From Callorhinchus milii (Eukaryota), in NCBI RefSeq assembly GCF_018977255.1, contig NW_024704743.1, forward strand, positions 23,252,001-23,316,000: a stretch of 64,000 nucleotides of DNA, read 5' to 3'. Numbering within the stretch: position 1 is the first letter of the stretch; each line of letters opens with the position of its first letter. The translations under genes were made by a program, and so were the position numbers. Positions 25,543-38,218 of the stretch are shown piece after piece. The notes under the pieces were generated by a model, which saw nothing but the letters and a program-made list of their open reading frames with translations, ran no database searches and was not told the DNA's origin.

Positions 25543-25799
25543 TCACCTCACCCATAATCCATAGAGCAAGAACATGCCCCAGTCTACCAGGGAGCAGCAG
25601 GGAAAAGTTCAGTACAAAAACAAAGGAATAGATGGTTTGAGCAAGTTGTTCACAACTGGAAAATAAACATTGCAACTGTGAAAGATCTCACAAGCTGCAG
25701 TATAGTGCTCATAAACACTTAATATCAAAAATCATCCCTGATAACGTGCCATTTATGTACACCATACATATATAGAAACATTCAGACTGTGAGTTCCTA

Positions 25800-26215
25800 C
25801 TCCTTTCCTACGATCACTGACAAATATCCATTGTTTAGTTTCTTCATTCACTCTTGGCACCTCCTAACCTCCTCTTGCACTAAACTTCCCATACTCTTGC
25901 CCCTCCAGTTACCTAACTTGGCCTTGCTGCACTTCCCTCACCCTATTCGCGCCACCATCGCTGGCCAAGCCTTGAACTTCTATGTCCATAGTCTCTTGAA
26001 TTCCCTCCCCCACCATCCTATCTCATCCCTAGCATTAAGTCTTCCCCACCACCTTTCACGTTTTAAATTCCATCTCAAATCCTACTTCTTTAATTGTGCC
26101 AATGGCCACCCCCTCTCTAACCCTCTCCTCTGCTCAGCATCCAACCGATCACTGTGAAACCTGTCAATATATTACCCTTCGTGAAGGGCACTATATAAAT
26201 GCAAGTTGTTGTTGC
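25800..26215 (+). mobile_element. Old degenerate L2 3' fragment
   Basis: C-rich L2 3' region ending GGGCACTATATAAATGCAAGTTGTTGTTG. Confidence 0.65.
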
Positions 26216-29200
26216 CGAACCTGAAAAAAGGCAGCAATTTCAAATGGGATTTCTTAATCTAGGAGAATGAGGATTTCTTCCAGTGGTGGGAAGTACATCA
26301 ATAGGGACATATCAAAAGAGTATAGGAGGAGGCCATTCAATCCATCCAGCCAGTTCCTCTTACATGCAGACCGTAGTTACGTATTAAATAATCTAATTGC
26401 TTTATTTAAACCATTGAAACAGAGATCAAGCAACTCTCTCTTAAATAACTTCAGAATTGCTCCTGTACAAACCAAAGTCCACACTTTGCTAAAGTCACAA
26501 AAAATATTATCAGAAAAAATTAAAAATAAAAAATATAAAAAATTATTCTCTGGACAGTCTACAATAACCCCTTACATTTACATAAAGCCTTTCACGTAAA
26601 AGAAACAATTCAAAACCTCTATTGTCATTGCCAACACAATTCAAACTAATCCCTGTTATAGATTCCTTTGGGCTCAAAATAATCAGAGGATTTGTGTTGA
26701 TTTTCAATTATTCAAGTTGCTGATGATTTATTTCTAATTACGGACCCCTGTTTTCCATGAGTAAACTATTATTTATTATGCAGTGTGAATTATCTTTCAA
26801 AGAAAAATGGTTTAGCTAACAATTACCTGAAGCAAATAATTACTAGTCATAGTCCTTTTTCCATCGGAATGATGATAGAGATTCGGTGCCTGTGGCTTCA
26901 GTCACTATATCCCTAACCTCTGGAACTCCCTGCCTCTGTCCCTCAGTCTTGCCCTCCTCTCTATCTGTTTTTTTAATCCTATGTTAAAATCTACTTCTTT
27001 AACTGTTTTATGGTGATCTGTTCCAGCGCTTTCTCCATTGTTCAGTGTACAATTTCGCCACTGTGAAGCTTTCCAAAAATGTTATCCTACTTGAATGGCA
27101 CCATATGAATTCCAGTTGTTGTTGTAGAGTTAGCTTCCAAGGGAGATCTGACTTGCTTATTTGAGGCTAGAATTTTCTGTTACATTGCCAAGTCTCAACC
27201 CATAAATCAACCTAGATCCTATTTTTGTTAATGGAAGAGAGAGAAATCTGAAAGATAGGTATGGTCCCCATGGAAATGAAATACATTAAATATAGAGATC
27301 CTGGTTCTAATCTGAATTACTTGCTAGTCACAAATCACATTGACAAAGCCCAGAAGAAGTAACTGAAAATGACAAGTATTATCTTTCTGGATTTGTGAAT
27401 TTTGTCATGAATTTTGTAAACCTGAAGCTACTATTAATGTTTTCAGATTCATCAAAACAGAAGAATTAAAGGACATCGGTTTAGAGTTGCAAATGGCAAT
27501 TTTAGGATAGACACGAGGAAGGTTTCTTTATAACTGGAACAGGTATCAGAAAGGGTGGTTGAGGCCAGGACATTGATCCTAAAACTGGCTTTCTAAAATA
27601 CCTCAGTTCGTTTGCTAGAAGATGGTAGTTTGTGTTTATATTGTTAAGAAAATGAAACCATAACTTAAATCTGGCGGCTCTTGGTGAACGTTCACAATAG
27701 GTTAAAAGATAATTGTTTAACATAATTCCCCTGTCCCAAATCATAGTACTATTGAAAGGTCTTTTCGAGCATTCCCCATTAGCCTGGGAGAATATTTCAC
27801 ACCGCTTGAGAAACACTTTTTAATTATTATTAAGACATGAGAGTCACTCATCAATTTTTTATTTTTACATTAAGGTAACTACATTAGAAATACAATTCTC
27901 ATTAGAAAGATAAAAAGCAATTTTGCTCGCTGGCAATGTGATGTGAGATAATCTTTGGGACAGTATTATGTGGTTATTGCTTTAATAAATCAGTGCAACA
28001 TATTAAAAAAGCCCAATTTTTATGGTAGATATGAGTTTGAATCCAACACTATAATATATGTTTAGTTCTTCCTGCACCTAAAAGCATCCTGGGGGCAGGG
28101 GGATAGGTGGAGGGAATAGTTAAGAAGTTGGCCATTACTGATCTGATCTAAGGTGTATTAGCCTGGTTCAGTTGGTAGCACTCTCACCGCTGACTCAGAA
28201 GGTTGCAGGTTCAAGCCACTATGTTTCCTTACAATTTCACACTAATAATAAAATAATAATAATAATACAATTTCACAGTCATTATATTTGGCAGTAGAAC
28301 AAGAATATTATTATTATTAATAAGCAACCTCCTCATCTCTGGATACCCACAGAGAAAGAGTGATGAAGGATTTCGGATTTTTATAAAGAATAACTATTTT
28401 CCTTTCAATTTCACACTCACTACATTTGACAATAGATACCTGTGAAATGCTTTGAGAAATGCTGACTTTACAGCAATACGGGTGCTTTAAAAGTACAACA
28501 TTATTTATTTTTGTGTAGCTTTATATCTTCACAAAAGGTGTTTGGTAAACGTTGGTGTGAAGTGGCATCAAGAAGGCTCACTTCAACACAATTTACATCT
28601 TGCTTCCTGTAAATAAAACAATAGAAAGTTATAAAACAGGTATATAAAATTAACAGGCAGGTTTTGTATCTTGTGTGAAGCAACCGTGCTCTATAAATGT
28701 TTGCCAAAATCAAACAAAGGAGAAAGGCTTAGGACTAAATTCTGGAATATATATGGAAACAGCAAAAAGGACCAAAGAAAATAACAATATGAAAATAAAT
28801 CTTCACAGTATCAAGGATATTATCAAATTCTATTTGTGAAATATTCTATTTTAAAAATTGAACATTTTTATTTTGTGCTTCAAGATTAAGAGAGCAAAGG
28901 AGGAAGTAGTGTGACTCTCATGGACGATAAGGATGTGGCAGAACAAAAATAATTGCATATTAATAATAATCCTTGCTTTTGACATAGCACCCCATAATAT
29001 CGAACTATCTCAAAACACTTCATACAAAAATGATATAAATTGCAGCGTGTTTGTAGATGAACACAGGAGCCTATCTGGACACAGCAACCTTGTAGCACGT
29101 AAACAGCAATGAAACACATGATCATTTTATCTGGAGGATTGTTGGCTAGGAAATGAGGAGATACTATCTTCTGTTTTTGAATAGCGTCAGGGGATCATTA

Positions 29201-29546
29201 ACATGCAATCAGGGCCTGTGTTTTAATGTCTCATCTGAAGGACTGCGCCTCTGACAATCTGCAGCACAACACTGAAGTCTCATCCTTAGACGTGAATTCA
29301 AAGTCCCATTAAATGGCTTTAAACCACAACCTTCTGATTTAGACATGATAGTTCATTACCAAATGAACCAAGCTGGCATTCTCCTGTCCTTGTAACTAAA
29401 GGCAATTTCCCTTCCTAAATTACTACCCCAACAGTGTTGCCTTGAAATGGTGCTCTCTTAATCAGGATTCTACCAAATACAACAAAATCTGGTTCTACAT
29501 AAAAAGACCACTGGGGTTATGTTAAGGTTACTGCAGATACAATCTT

Positions 29547-29914
29547 ATAATAATAATAATCCTTGCAGTTGATATAGCGCCTTATCGGATCTTCGAGACG
29601 TCTCAAAGCATTTCACAGTATATACTATAAAGTAAATTGACAGTTTGTTTTCTGGACGAAACGTGGATTACAAAAAGCAGTATACCACAAACAGCCGTTG
29701 ATTGCGTGACCAAATTATTATTTGGGGTTTGATGGGATTATTAACAATTATTATTAATCCGCCAATCAACTAACAACCGGGTTACTACTTACTGCTAGGC
29801 AAACAGAGGAGTGTGGAGTAAAGAAACTTGCCTAACATTTCACCCTGCCTGGGAATCAAACCCAGGTCCTCTCACCTGCGAGGGCAGTGCTCTAACCAAT
29901 ATGCTACAGGACTC
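29547..29914 (-). mobile_element. Young tRNA SINE, full-length
   Basis: Reverse complement of the family, from (TAA)n TCCTTGCA to GCTACAGGACTCC. Confidence 0.87.
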
Positions 29915-30852
29915 CGTTACAAATAAATGTCATGCAAGGAAATGGAAATTTATACCTCTATTCTGTACCTGATCGAGAGGAATTATCCCCAGGACTAAAG
30001 TTCAATTTCATCTATTCAGAGTCTAATCTGTTTTTACCTATTGGGAATAAAACTTTAGGAACAATTTCCGGCCTGGCAGGCATTTGTACATAAACCCTCT
30101 GCCATGCTTCAACCTGCTTGTGGGCAATATTTATGCTGTTCCAAATTCCACATAGGTTTAACATGGTGGTAAATCTTTTACACTGTGGGACTGAAAATGT
30201 CAACTTAGTTAACCATGAAGGATGGGTACATCAAATTAACTTTATTAATGCTATGAAATCTAAAAGGTTATGCAATGCATTTCACTCTCCTTAGAAGTCA
30301 AAGTCAGGCATACTTTCATCTATGGCATTAGTGAATTAATTCTGAATGCACATTGGAACATGGGGTTAACTGGAACATTTATACAGAGGAAATTGAATCA
30401 ACAGCGAGAAACAAATTAATTAAATCTCAGTTTGCATTGTAAATCTATTATATAGATATGATACATATCTAGCAATGTAATTATCTTCACTACAATTTGA
30501 AGTGGTAAATGAAAAGGAAGAGAGAATGCTTTAGTATTATTTGCTATTCAATACAATTAAGGCCGTGGGACAATTACATTGCCACAGTAATTCTGTTCAA
30601 TATTGAAACTAATAGTCTGTAAGATCAGCTGTGAAGAAAATCCTTGTACAGCATTGATGTTTACACTATCACTTCTGAATCAGTTTGTGGGTTCAAGCCC
30701 AAAACCTAATATACAGCATTTGTTGATTTTTTTAACATTTTGTTACTTATTTCTCCTTTCACAATTACGTATGACTACCTGTTCCCTTTTGCATTTCCTG
30801 CATTACTGCCTGGGCAGTGAATGCCTGAACTACCCAATAATTGTCCCAAGTG

Positions 30853-31142
30853 GAGTCCTGGGCAAAATGTTAGGCAAGTTTCCTTACTCCACAAGTCTCT
30901 GTTTACCGAGCAATAACTAGGACACCGGTGTTAGTTGATTGGTGGATCGCTTTTCCAGGGGTAACAATTACTTAAAAAAACAATAATAATAAATTTGTCC
31001 ATGGCTTCAATCCATTAGCTGCTGCGTTTTGCCCACAAAATATACTGTCAATTCACTTTACAGTGTATTCTGTGAAGCATTTTGAGACATCTCGAAGACG
31101 TAATAAGGCACTATAGCAAATGCAAGAATTGTTATTATTATT
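30853..31142 (+). mobile_element. Young SINE with deleted head
   Basis: GGCAAGTTTCCTTACTCCAC body and (TTA)n tail. Confidence 0.8.
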
Positions 31143-31184
31143 AAGTGTTTTAATCTCATACCCCTATGGTGAAATATTGTCAAT

Positions 31185-31502
31185 AATAATAACAATAATA
31201 ATCCTTGCATTTGATATAACGCTTTTCACGTCTTCTAGACATCTTAAAGCACTTCACAGAATGGACTGTAAAGTGAATTGACTGTATATTTGTGGGCGAA
31301 ACCCGGCAGCCAATTGCACACAGCAGTGTCCCACAAACAATCGTGGATTGAAAATGAACAATTTATTATTGTTTTGTTTTGGAGGGATTATTATTAGGCG
31401 TGTGGAGTAAGGAAACTTGCCCAAGGTTTCGCCCTGCCTGGAATTGAACCCAGGTGTCTCACTTGCAAGGCGAGTGCTCTAACCACTGAGCTACAGGACT
31501 CC
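31185..31502 (-). mobile_element. Young tRNA SINE, full-length
   Basis: Reverse-complement family copy ending GAGCTACAGGACTCC. Confidence 0.88.
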
Positions 31503-33685
31503 ACAATCTGTGACTGTAAGATTGCAATTGGGTCTAATATGCAATACATGCAAAATGGCTAATTGTGATTTCTGAAAGTGCAATTCTAGAGAAGAAAATA
31601 ACGCCCCATTTTGCTGTCTGAACCTTTCCCAAACTTTGCTGGCTTTCAGAAATCAATTAAACCGTTTTCAAACAAATCAAATTGAAAGTTACAATTAGCA
31701 CTTCCAATCCCATTTGGAAATTTGGCAATTGAGACCCCATGATGCCCTTTTCCATTAGCTGCTAGCTCTCGTATAGTGAATAATTAAAACCTTTACATTT
31801 GATATAATGCTTTTCGTGTCAGCAGAACATCTCAATGTGCACTGTAACGTGTAGGTACTGTGTATTTTGTAGGTGAATCTAACAACAGTGAATGTTTCCC
31901 ATTACTCTTAGCTATCGAGGCAATGCCATTACGGGTAAGGATGATTTAATTCAGAAATTTAAAGCATCGATCAGTTGGACCAGTAGGCACAGTTCTGTCA
32001 AGTTCAGTGCCATTCGCTAAGTATTGACATCAGTTTTGTACAAGTGTTCGCCTACAAAATATAGTCATTACACATTAAAGTATATTGTGAAGCACTTTGA
32101 GACACACTCATGATGTGAAAGGCGGTATATAAAATACAGTAGAAGGATTATAACAGTAGAAGGATTATAATTATTCTAAGCAGATAGTTTTGCTTTCCTA
32201 CATCTTGTGCAGATATAGACTGATCTGTGAAATAAAGATAAATGGGAGAACATTTGCTTATTTGCTTGCCTCTGACGATTAGATCAGGACATGGCTCACC
32301 AAGTATTCAAGAGAATATTTGATTAGCGTTAATGGTTGTGTAATTAGTTAGGATTAATATGTCTCTTTAATGAAGATGAAGCATTATATTTTCCACTGGT
32401 TAATTTAAATGTAAGGTGTACAGTGGCCTGCTTCTCATAATAAATGAGGTGACCTAGATTCACCGGAGGAACAGATCCTTATTTCGAAAAGAAAAACAAT
32501 AGGGGAAAAAACAAGATAATATATTGGCATAATAGCAACACTATGGCTCTTAGCCAAGCACATTATCCTATCAGGGACCCCTAAAAAGGATAAACTTCCA
32601 TAAATAAACGCATATGCACATACACAACCACACATAAAATGACATTGCAACAGATCATACACTACACATATACAGAAATACCAACAAATGCACAGGAGGA
32701 TTTAGATTCCTTAGCCTCTTCTGTGAAGCCACTATTTCTGTGCCAGCTCAAATTGCTTTGAATGACCTTTAACGTTTCTGCATGAGGCTTCTTTGAAGAC
32801 GGAAACTTGAAAGCTCTCTTCTTTCCCTAATAAAAATTGCATAAGCAGCAATATTTGATTCAAAGTGGGAAATGGCTTATTGTTCAATAGAGTGTAGGAC
32901 ACAGAATTAATCTTCATTAATCCTCTAAGGTTCTTCAACACTGGTTCTTTGTTACTTAAAGATAAGCTGAAAACTGGTACCTTGACAAAGCAAAGTTGTA
33001 AGGACGCTTTCCAATAATGCGTAAGTTGGCTTTTTGTGCAGGCATCACTGCAATTATTTTCTGCTGTCAAAGCCGGGAATGGAATATTTAAATCAGCTCC
33101 ACTAAAGGAAATGTGTCCTTCATTCCTGAGCTTCTTTCACATCTTGTACAGTAATTTTAAACAAATACAATGGATCCTGTTACGTGCAATTAGTCAGGAC
33201 AAAAAGCTGTGCCTCATGAGACTTGTGTACAACAGGAAAGCTCTACCACGACTGACTGCAAGATGAATTGAACCATTTTTATACATCAGGTCATTAATGG
33301 AGTCTAAGTTGGGGTATTTCTTAATATTATTCCTTAATAATGAATTCCGTTCGCACAAGTGGGGACATCTTTCATTAAGCAGAATCATGCTCCACAAAGC
33401 CAAGATCTACTTGCAGAACCAAGAGCAACGGGAATATTAATGGCATTTTGTATTATGAAATTGGTTAAGAAATACCAAAAGTTAGACCCAGAATCTCAAA
33501 TGTGTAATTGTGTGCACTTTGCTGGAACTTTTGGAAATCACAATTGGCTATTCTGCAAGTATGACAAATGAAACAGCTTTTGATATCCACAAGATGGATT
33601 AGTGGATTGAATCCCTTTAGCAAATAATAGAATTTCAACCCCAACACAGCAATGGAATTGCAGTGCTGTCACTCATTGTATTGTA

Positions 33686-33905
33686 TAATAATAATCCTTA
33701 TATTTGATATAATGCTTCATCATATCTTTGAGACATCTCAAAGCACATCCCAGAATATATTGTAAAATTAATTGATTGAGTATTTTGTGGGCGAAACGCG
33801 GCAGCCAATTGCGCACAGCAGTGTCCCACAAACAGTTGTAGATTGAGTGATCAAATTATTATTATCACTAGTAGAAGTAGTACTATTTTGAAGGGCTTAT
33901 TACTC
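33686..33905 (-). mobile_element. SINE 3' half
   Basis: Tail plus core GCGGCAGCCAATTGCGCACAGCAG. Confidence 0.8.
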
Positions 33906-34154
33906 CGTCTTTGAGTCCCTCTGATTCGCTCCCTCCCTGAACCTTGTTCAAGATCCATCTCAAAAAGTATTTATTTGACCGGCTTTCAGTCATCTTTCCT
34001 TCCCTACCCCTTGGCTCCCACCCCGCAGCTCAGGTGCTCAGCCAGTAATGTTAAGCACTTTGAGACATCTTCCTGATGTGAAAGGCAGGGTATAAATGAA
34101 TAAATTATAGCTTCCACAGCATTGTGAAGTTCCACATTAACCCTCTACACTGCC

Positions 34155-35175
34155 TCAGCTCAGTGGTTAGAGCACTGGGTTTGATTCCCGGCAGAGCAAA
34201 ACACTAGGCAAGTTTCCTAACTCCACGTGCCTCTGTGTAGAGATAGGGGAAAAGGGTTAACCAATCAGAAAATAATATAGGGTTAAAATCATACTAATAA
34301 GGTTAGAGAGCACCAACAAAGTGGAGTAATGATAAGTTAGAAACTGTAATCACAAGGCTGGAACAAAGAACATTTAAAGGAGGAGGCAATAACCTTATAG
34401 ATAAAGAAGTGGAACAGACCGAACAAGTCATTAATAGAGCTGTTTCAAAAAGGAGCCAAGGTTTAGACGTGCAAAACAAGCCTGGGAAACAAGTTTGGGC
34501 CATGGGAATGAGACGTGATCAAGTGGAGTTATTACGGGGATGGAGCACGATCAAGAGAGTACATAAAGGTGGTCGCACCTAGTACAGAAACCCTCCTTGA
34601 AATACTTGAGATAGGAAGAGAGTAGACAATGCTGAGAGATTAGGAGAAGTCACACATAACTATTAAAAGGATATATGCACGCAGATTCAGCGCTAAAAAT
34701 AGAGGATGACTGAAATAAAAGGCACGAAGTAGAAGAGTTATGCAGAAAGACTTGAGATGAGAAGCAGTGAGGTCCGTAAGGAAAGAAGACTTTTTCCATT
34801 CCGAGTGTGGTGTTATCGCAGGTAATATATATTTTGAATGTTATGCTGGATAAACCTGTATACTAATGTGCCAATATAATATCAATGTTAATGCAGAGAT
34901 TGTTGTTGCTTGTGTGTGAATAAAGACCTTTTCTTTGAATCATTGTGTCAACTCGCATTGAGTAAACTGGCGTTCTGCTAAACCTTACATCTGTTTACCT
35001 AGCAGTAAGTAGGAACCTGGTTGTTTGTTGATTGGAGGATCGCTTTTCCAGGGGTAACAATTCCTTCACAAAAAAATAATAATAATAAATTGGTTACTCA
35101 ATCTACGATTGTTTGTGAGACACTGCTGTGCGCAATTGGCTGCCGCGTTTTGCCCACAAAATATACAGTCAATTC
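34155..35175 (+). mobile_element. Young SINE split by a solo LTR and truncated by an L2
   Basis: Head at 34155-34235; body resumes at 34990-35175. Confidence 0.82.
34236..34989 (+). mobile_element. Solo LTR (754 bp) inserted in a SINE
   Basis: TGTAG...TTACA termini, TCTG duplicated at 34232-34235 and 34990-34993, AATAAA near the 3' end. SINE consensus GCCTCTG|TTTACCTAG is restored when the LTR is removed. Confidence 0.88.
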
Positions 35176-36635
35176 AGACTTCCCTTTTCTTTTGAAGATC
35201 CTTGAAAGAGTTGTTGCTTCCTGGCTTCGCTCATTGTTGCTTCCTAGTTCAATCTCCTACCACACCCTTCATGTGCCCCTCCAATCAGATTTCCATGCTG
35301 CTCACAGTACAGAAACTGCTCTGGTCAAGGTGACAAACAATATTTTGTCCATCTATGACCAGGGCTCCCTCTGCCTCCTCTTCCTCTTCGACCTCTCTGC
35401 TGCCTTTGATACCGTGGGCCGCTCCATCCTCCTCCACCGCCTCTCCTCTCACCTCAACCTTCAAGGTTCTGTCCTTGAGTGGTACAGGTCTTATCTCTCA
35501 CACCGTCTCCAATTTGTCTCCGCCAATGCTTTCTCTTTCAGCCCCCGCATAGTCTTGTGTGGTGTTCCTCAGGGCTCTATCCTCGGTCCCCTCCTCTTCA
35601 ACCTCTATATGCTCCCCCTTAGTGACATCATCTGCAGACATGGGGTCAACTTCCATATGTACGTGGATGACATCCAACTCTATCTCTCTGCCTGCACCCT
35701 CGATTCCAGGACAACTGACCTTATGACAGACTGTCTGTCTGACATGAAGTCCTGGATGAGAGTCAACTTTCTACAGCTGAATGTCAGCAAGACTGAGGCC
35801 CTCCTGATTGGCTCCCGTCAGTGCTTCAGCACCTCAGGCACCTGCAGCATCAGCACCCACAGTTGCACATTCCACCTCACCAAGCCCGTTAGGAACCTGG
35901 ACATCATTTTCAACCCTCAACTGTCCTTTCTCCCCTTTATCCGTGCCATGACCCACTCTGCCTTCCCCCACCTCTACAAAATTGCCCGACTCCGCAACTG
36001 CCTCACCCCTCAGGCTGCCAAACCCTCATATATGCATTTGTCACTTCAAGGTTGGACTACGAAAATTCCCTTCTTGTTGATCTCCCCAAGTCTTCCCTCC
36101 ACCAGCTGCAGATTATCCAAAACTCTGCAGCTCGTGTCCTCTCCTGCACCAGGCTCCATGACCCCATCACCCCCACCCTACCTGGCTCCACTGGCTCCCC
36201 ATCCCTCAGAGGGTAGAATTCAAAACCCTTGTCCTCACTTTCAAGGTCCTCCACGGCTTTGCCCCCTCATGCATCTCTGACCTGCTGATCCACTATCAAC
36301 CTGTCCGCTGCCTCCATTCAGCAGGCTCCAGTCTGCTCCAGGTCTCCCGCCTGACCCACCCTACCATTGGCGGCCAGGCTTTCAGCCTCTCTGCCCCCAC
36401 TCTTTCGAACTCCATCCCACTATCCCTTCGCTTCGCTGCCTCTCTTGCCTCCTTCAAGTCACGACTCAAGACCTTCTTTATTGACCATGCCTTCAGCCGC
36501 CCTCCTATCCCTTCTGCCTTCCCTCATCCCAACCCTGCCCCCCACATTAGGGTCCTGATCCCTCACTCTTCAGCCCCTTGGGACGTCCTCCCGACATGAA
36601 AGGTGCTTTATAAATGTAATTTTGTTGTTGTTGTT
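35176..36635 (+). mobile_element. 5'-truncated L2 LINE (RT region to 3' tail)
   Basis: HSTETALVKVTNN, DLSAAFDTV, GVPQGSILGPLLFNLYM, YVDDIQLY, LHWLP; (TTG)n tail. Confidence 0.92.
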
Positions 36636-37159
36636 CTTAAAGTGAATGTAATGCCTTCACTCCTCTACCAGGTCCTACTATGGATTTTCTGGGGCTACCA
36701 CTCTATTGCTTCATCTATAAAACTATTTTCTGGTTAAGTACTATAAATGCCCCTTTTACCTTCAAGAGAAATAATCCATTTCAGGGCTGAAATTCCGGTC
36801 AATGTTCCATGTAGGAACTTTGACGATTATAATGGAGAAATTCAACCAGAGGTCAAAATCATCAGTGTCACTACAAGGGAAGCTAGTTGGAAGTTCAACC
36901 CTTTTGTTTGTTAAACATAAACATGTTCTGGTTCGAAGTGTCTGAATCCTCCAAGAAAATATAATGACACTTCATCTTCTGAAATCATACGCTGATGTAC
37001 ATTTTTATTTCTATTTAATTTTCTGAGACCAAATTAGAGGAAATAAATTATAAGAACATCAGCAAAATGCTTCAAAGTGTTCCACAGGATTAGTTCTGAA
37101 GGGTACGCTAACACTTCAATACAGTGATTATTTGTTAAGTCATCCAAGTTGTTGTTGTT

Positions 37160-37270
37160 GGGCTAAGGGCAGGTAATTGGAGTTGAGGGTACAGATCAGC
37201 CATGATCCTAAAGAATGGCGGAACAGGCTCAAGAGGCTGAATGGCCTACTCCTGTTTCTATGTTTCTATC
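37160..37270 (+). mobile_element. CR1-type LINE/SINE 3' end
   Basis: GATCAGCCATGATC...GAATGGCGGAACAGGCTC.AG.GGCTGAATGGCCTACTCCTG followed by a TTTCTATG repeat tail. Confidence 0.7.
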
Positions 37271-37276
37271 TTTATT

Positions 37277-37339
37277 GTTGGGGGTACCGTCCTTAGTTGG
37301 GGGTACCGTCCTTTAGTTGGGGGTACCGTCCTTTAGTTG
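37277..37339. repeat. Three-copy ~20-bp tandem repeat
   Basis: GTTGGGGGTACCGTCCTT(T)A x3. Confidence 0.9.
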
Positions 37340-37439
37340 AAACATTAAACAGAGCATGTTTGTTCAGATAGACATTAAAAATCTCATGGCAAAAAAAGAA
37401 GGGAGTTTCTCCTGACCAACAATCTCTCAAACTATCACT

Positions 37440-37830
37440 GAGTTGGATAAGGGAGGAGAGATGGTCGAGGAAGATGGCATGATCAATTGTGTCCAAGGCA
37501 GTGGGGACGTCCAGGAGGACAAGGAGACAGAGAGAGTTGTGGTCACAGAGAGAAAAGATGTCATTTTGATGAGCTCTGTCTCAGTGCTGTTGGCAGGCGG
37601 AAACCAAACTGGAGGAGCTCGAGTAGGGAGTGGAGGGAAAGGGGTGAGTGAAGTTGAATGGCAACAACACATGCATGACATGAGAGATGGATGGCAAGTT
37701 TAAGATGGGCTGCTAGTTTGTGATATTTGAAGGATCGAGGGTGCATTTTTTGTAAATGGGGTTTATGACAATGGTTTTGAGGGGGAGTGGGATGGTACCA
37801 GAAGAGAAGGACATGTGTCTTAAGCATGTG
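37440..37830 (-). mobile_element. L2 RT internal fragment
   Basis: NSTETELIK, MDTIDHAIFLDHLS. Confidence 0.75.
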
Positions 37831-37896
37831 TTAAGACCCAAAAAACAGGAATTAACTTGTCTGTTGCAAAACATTTTATCAATCAACATTTATAAT

Positions 37897-38218
37897 GGAG
37901 TCCTGTAGCTCAGTGGTTAGAGCACTCGCTTTGCAAGTGAGAGACCTGAGTTCAATTCCAGGCAGGGCGAAACCTTGGGCAAGTTTCCTTACTTCACACA
38001 GAGCCTAATAATAATCCCTCCAAAAACAAAACAATAATAAATTGGTCATTTTCAATCTACGACTGGTTGTGGGGCATTGCTGTGTGCGATTGGCTGCCGC
38101 GTTCGCCCACAAATATACAGTCAATTAACTTTACAGTGTGTTCTGTGAAGCGCTTTGGGATGTCCTCCCGACGTGAAAAACACTATATCAAATGCAAGGA
38201 TTATTATTATTATTATTA
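37897..38218 (+). mobile_element. Young tRNA-derived Deu-domain SINE, full-length
   Basis: GGAGTCCTGTAGCTCAGTGGTTAGAGCAC (A box) and GAGTTCAATTCC (B box); GCTGTGTGCGATTGGCTGCCGCGTT core; L2-like tail with (TTA)n. Confidence 0.9.

Noticed and set aside
35021..36280. 419-aa ORF as a host gene
   Set aside because: It is a SINE-derived N-terminus fused to decayed L2 RT with a frameshifted tail and a non-ATG start.
37277..37339. CRISPR-like short repeats
   Set aside because: There are no spacers; this is a tandem triplication of a SINE fragment in eukaryotic DNA.
37897..37970. tRNA genes at SINE heads (also 12207, 29840, 31430, 53405)
   Set aside because: Each continues into a SINE body and tail, so they are tRNA-derived SINE heads rather than tRNA genes.
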